Origin: a bacterium
GTDB lineage: Bacteria > Chloroflexota > Dormibacteria > Aeolococcales > Aeolococcaceae
Reading direction: 5' to 3'
Length of the DNA: 60,755 nucleotides
NCBI GenBank assembly: GCA_014874355.1
Contig: JACWAJ010000065.1
Span: forward strand, 1 to 60,755
Part shown: positions 56,594 to 60,755 of the stretch, in pieces
Layout of the letters: each line of letters starts with the position of its first letter
How positions within the stretch are numbered: position 1 is the stretch's first letter
The notes under the pieces: generated by a model
What the model was told of the DNA's origin: nothing
The model's database searches: none
What the model saw: the letters and a program-made list of their open reading frames with translations, nothing else
Made by a program: the position numbers and the translations under genes

Positions 56594-57109
56594 ATGGTGG
56601 TAAGTCACGATCGTCCCGTCCGAACTCCACGCCGTCGTCGACATGGGTTCGGGCGCTTTTTCAAGCGCTGGACAGTTCCGGTCGTCGGGGCTGTGACCCC
56701 TGCGATGCTCATCGTCGTCAACATCGCCGCGTTCATCATTCATAACCTGCAGGCGTTTAGGCTCATCGTTGCCATCCTGGCCTTCATCAGCGGTCTGATG
56801 CTCAACTCCTGGATGGCGGTTCGCGCTCTCCAGTATCTTCACAAGCGCCATCCGGACAGCGGGCTGGCGGAAGAGAGCAATCAGGAGCTTGTGATAGTTG
56901 GGGGCATGGGGATCGTCATCCTCATCTCCGCGATCACAGCGTGGTTCTGCTACCAGGGGCTTGCCAGCGACCGGGAACTGCCCAACCCCTTGACCTTCAT
57001 CGTGGGGGTGGCTTCCATCGTCTTCCCGGTTGTCTTGCGTGCGCTCTTCACCCGTGCCATTGGCCCGACCAGTGTTGCCACAACTCCCGATCCGGCGCGC
57101 CTTGTTTGA
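56594..57109 (+). CDS. Hypothetical 4-TM membrane protein
   Basis: Four hydrophobic segments; leaderless-type start TACTCT-N7-ATG; the upstream part of the tracked ORF is antisense to the RNHCP gene. Confidence 0.7.
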   Translation: MVVSHDRPVRTPRRRRHGFGRFFKRWTVPVVGAVTPAMLIVVNIAAFIIHNLQAFRLIVAILAFISGLMLNSWMAVRALQYLHKRHPDSGLAEESNQELVIVGGMGIVILISAITAWFCYQGLASDRELPNPLTFIVGVASIVFPVVLRALFTRAIGPTSVATTPDPARLV

Positions 57110-58510
57110 GCTGAGCCGGCTGATTCAGGGCGGCATGGGGATTGGTGTTTCCGGCTGGCCACTGGCGCGGGCCGTAGCCAGCCGCGGTCATCTCGGGGTT
57201 GTGTCCGGAACGGCCATTGACGCTGTGCTGGTGCGACGCCTGCAGGACGGCGACCCTGCTGGGGAATTGCGCCGTGCCATGGCGCACTTCCCGGTTTCCG
57301 CGATTGCGGAAGCGGTGCTGGAACGCTACTTCATTCCCGGGGGGCGCGACCCCAAGGCTCCATATCGGGCACTCACGATGCACTCTCATCGGGAGCAGCA
57401 CGCGGTCCAGGACCTGCTGGTGCTGGCATCGTTTGTCGAGGTCTGGCTCGCGAGGGAAGGTCACGGCGGTGCGGTTGGGATCAACCTGCTCACCAAGGTG
57501 CAGATTCCTACGGTGCCATCACTTTTCGGGGCGATGCTGGCCAGTGTGGACTGCGTCCTCATGGGCGCGGGGATTCCACGCGATATCCCCGGGATTCTCG
57601 ATACGCTGGCTGACGGGCGTGGTGTCGAGACGCAGCTCGAGCTGTCCGGTACGGGTGTGGCTGCACCGATCTTGCGTTTCGATCCCACTCGTTTCACAAC
57701 AGGGGACGCGCTCGTGCGTCCGGCCTTTTTGGCGATCGTCTCCTCGCACGTTCTGGCGACGGTGTTGAGCCGAAAGGCGACAGGGACGGTCGATGGGTTT
57801 GTGGTCGAGGCGCCGAGCGCAGGCGGGCACAACGCTCCTCCTCGCGGCCGGCCTGCGGTCTTCGACGCGATCGGACAACCCATCTACGGCGAGCGAGACA
57901 GCGTCGATCTCGCGGCGCTGGCAGCCCTTGGCCTGCCATTTTGGCTCGCGGGCGGAGTAGATACACCCGAACTATTGCGGTCGGCAATCGAAGCCGGTGC
58001 CACCGGCGCACAAGTTGGCACGCTCTTTGCCTTCTGTCGCGAGTCGGGGATGGAGCCGGCCTTACGCCACCAGGTGATCGACCTCGTGCGTTGTGGGGGG
58101 GTACACGTGCTCACGTCTTCACGGGCTTCGTCGACGGGATATCCCTTCAAGGTGGCGTCGGTCCCGGGCACGTTGTCCGAGGCGAGCGTATACGCGGCTC
58201 GCGAGCGAATATGCGATCTCGGTTACTTGCGTGAGGCCTACGTCAAGCCCAACGGCTCGATTGGCTACCGTTGCGCTGCCGAACCGCTGGACACGTACTT
58301 GGCCAAGGGCGGATCACTCGAAGACACCATGGGGCGCACCTGCTTGTGCAACGGACTGGCCGCGACCATCGGTTTAGGACAAGTGCGGCCGGGCGGTGCG
58401 ATCGAGCCCCCGATTGTCACCAGCGGGGATGGCTTGGCTGCCATAGCACGCGTACTCGGCGACCGAGAGGACTACTCGGCCGCCGATGTCATCGCGTACT
58501 TGACAGCGCC

Positions 58511-58514
<4 letters not shown>
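57030..58514 (+). CDS. Nitronate monooxygenase / FabK-like flavoenzyme (true start probably 57072-57101)
   Basis: [18 protein letters not shown]...AGGH, LAGG, QVGT.F. Confidence 0.88.
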
Positions 58515-60409
<1,895 letters not shown>

Positions 60410-60564
60410 GAGGTGATGCCCTCCCTAAGGGTTGGTTACGAGATTATCTTGCCCATCTGGGCGGGTTCTCCGGTGGTGTGCCCAGCACTCCTGCGATACC
60501 CGCGTAGGCTTGGATGCTAAACGTCTCGCCTGACAGTCTGTCCTGTGCCACGCTTTCTGGGGCA

Positions 60565-60653
60565 GGTGTGAGTGCCCGGGGTTCTCGTTCAAGGTGATGC
60601 GAGAACCTCTCGTCGCGGTACCTGTGGTGTGAGCCAGTCCACTTAGATGCGAG
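60565..60653. repeat. Four GRTGYGAG octamers upstream of dnaK
   Basis: GGTGTGAG at 60565, GATGCGAG at 60596, GGTGTGAG at 60626, GATGCGAG at 60646. Confidence 0.65.
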
Positions 60654-60755
60654 ACAGTGGGCCGGAGCGGAGAGGCAGCTTGTGTTGGGGTCCACGAGCG
60701 AACTATCCAGGGCTTCTGGAGCGCTGCTGGAGGCATGGGCTTTCGCCTTCAGATC

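Noticed and set aside
60482-60520. CIRCE element upstream of dnaK (CCAGCACTC ... GGATGCTAA)
   Set aside because: Half-sites are imperfect and separated by about 21 nt rather than 9

Overview
High-GC bacterial chromosomal window of mostly housekeeping genes. The gene order looks Terrabacteria-like (Chloroflexota/Dormibacterota-like is an inference only). From left to right it holds a GGDEF protein, a mannose/GDP-mannose cluster with metK, leucine/acyl-CoA catabolism genes, rnhB, lon, rnhA and the RNase P RNA. Next comes an interrupted dcw cluster: mraZ-rsmH-ftsL-ftsI-mraY-murD-ftsW-murG-murC-murB-ddl-(alpha/beta hydrolase)-murF-ftsQ ... ftsA-ftsZ, with no murE. After that are nrdR, a broken yggS, ileS, lspA, rluD, gmk, split coaC/coaB, priA, def, fmt, smpB, hflX and tmRNA, then a decayed patch next to tmRNA (antitoxin, dead Doc toxin, copper-operon remnant) and dnaK. 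No CRISPR array, rRNA, tRNA, transposase or integrase was seen. The most striking unexplained signal is a pair of ~180-bp rod-shaped palindromic elements inside the dcw region (28731-28913 and 37490-37672). Their terminal inverted repeats are unrelated, but their interiors are homologous and show compensatory base changes. Other leads are a ddl-esterase-membrane-MurF module, a GIHH-motif IleRS2, phased GRTGYGAG repeats upstream of dnaK, an unannotated small DUF2933-like gene behind a CsoR-type operator, an orphan terminated RNA before ftsA, and widespread leaderless starts. All calls come from reading motifs by eye; no database search was run.
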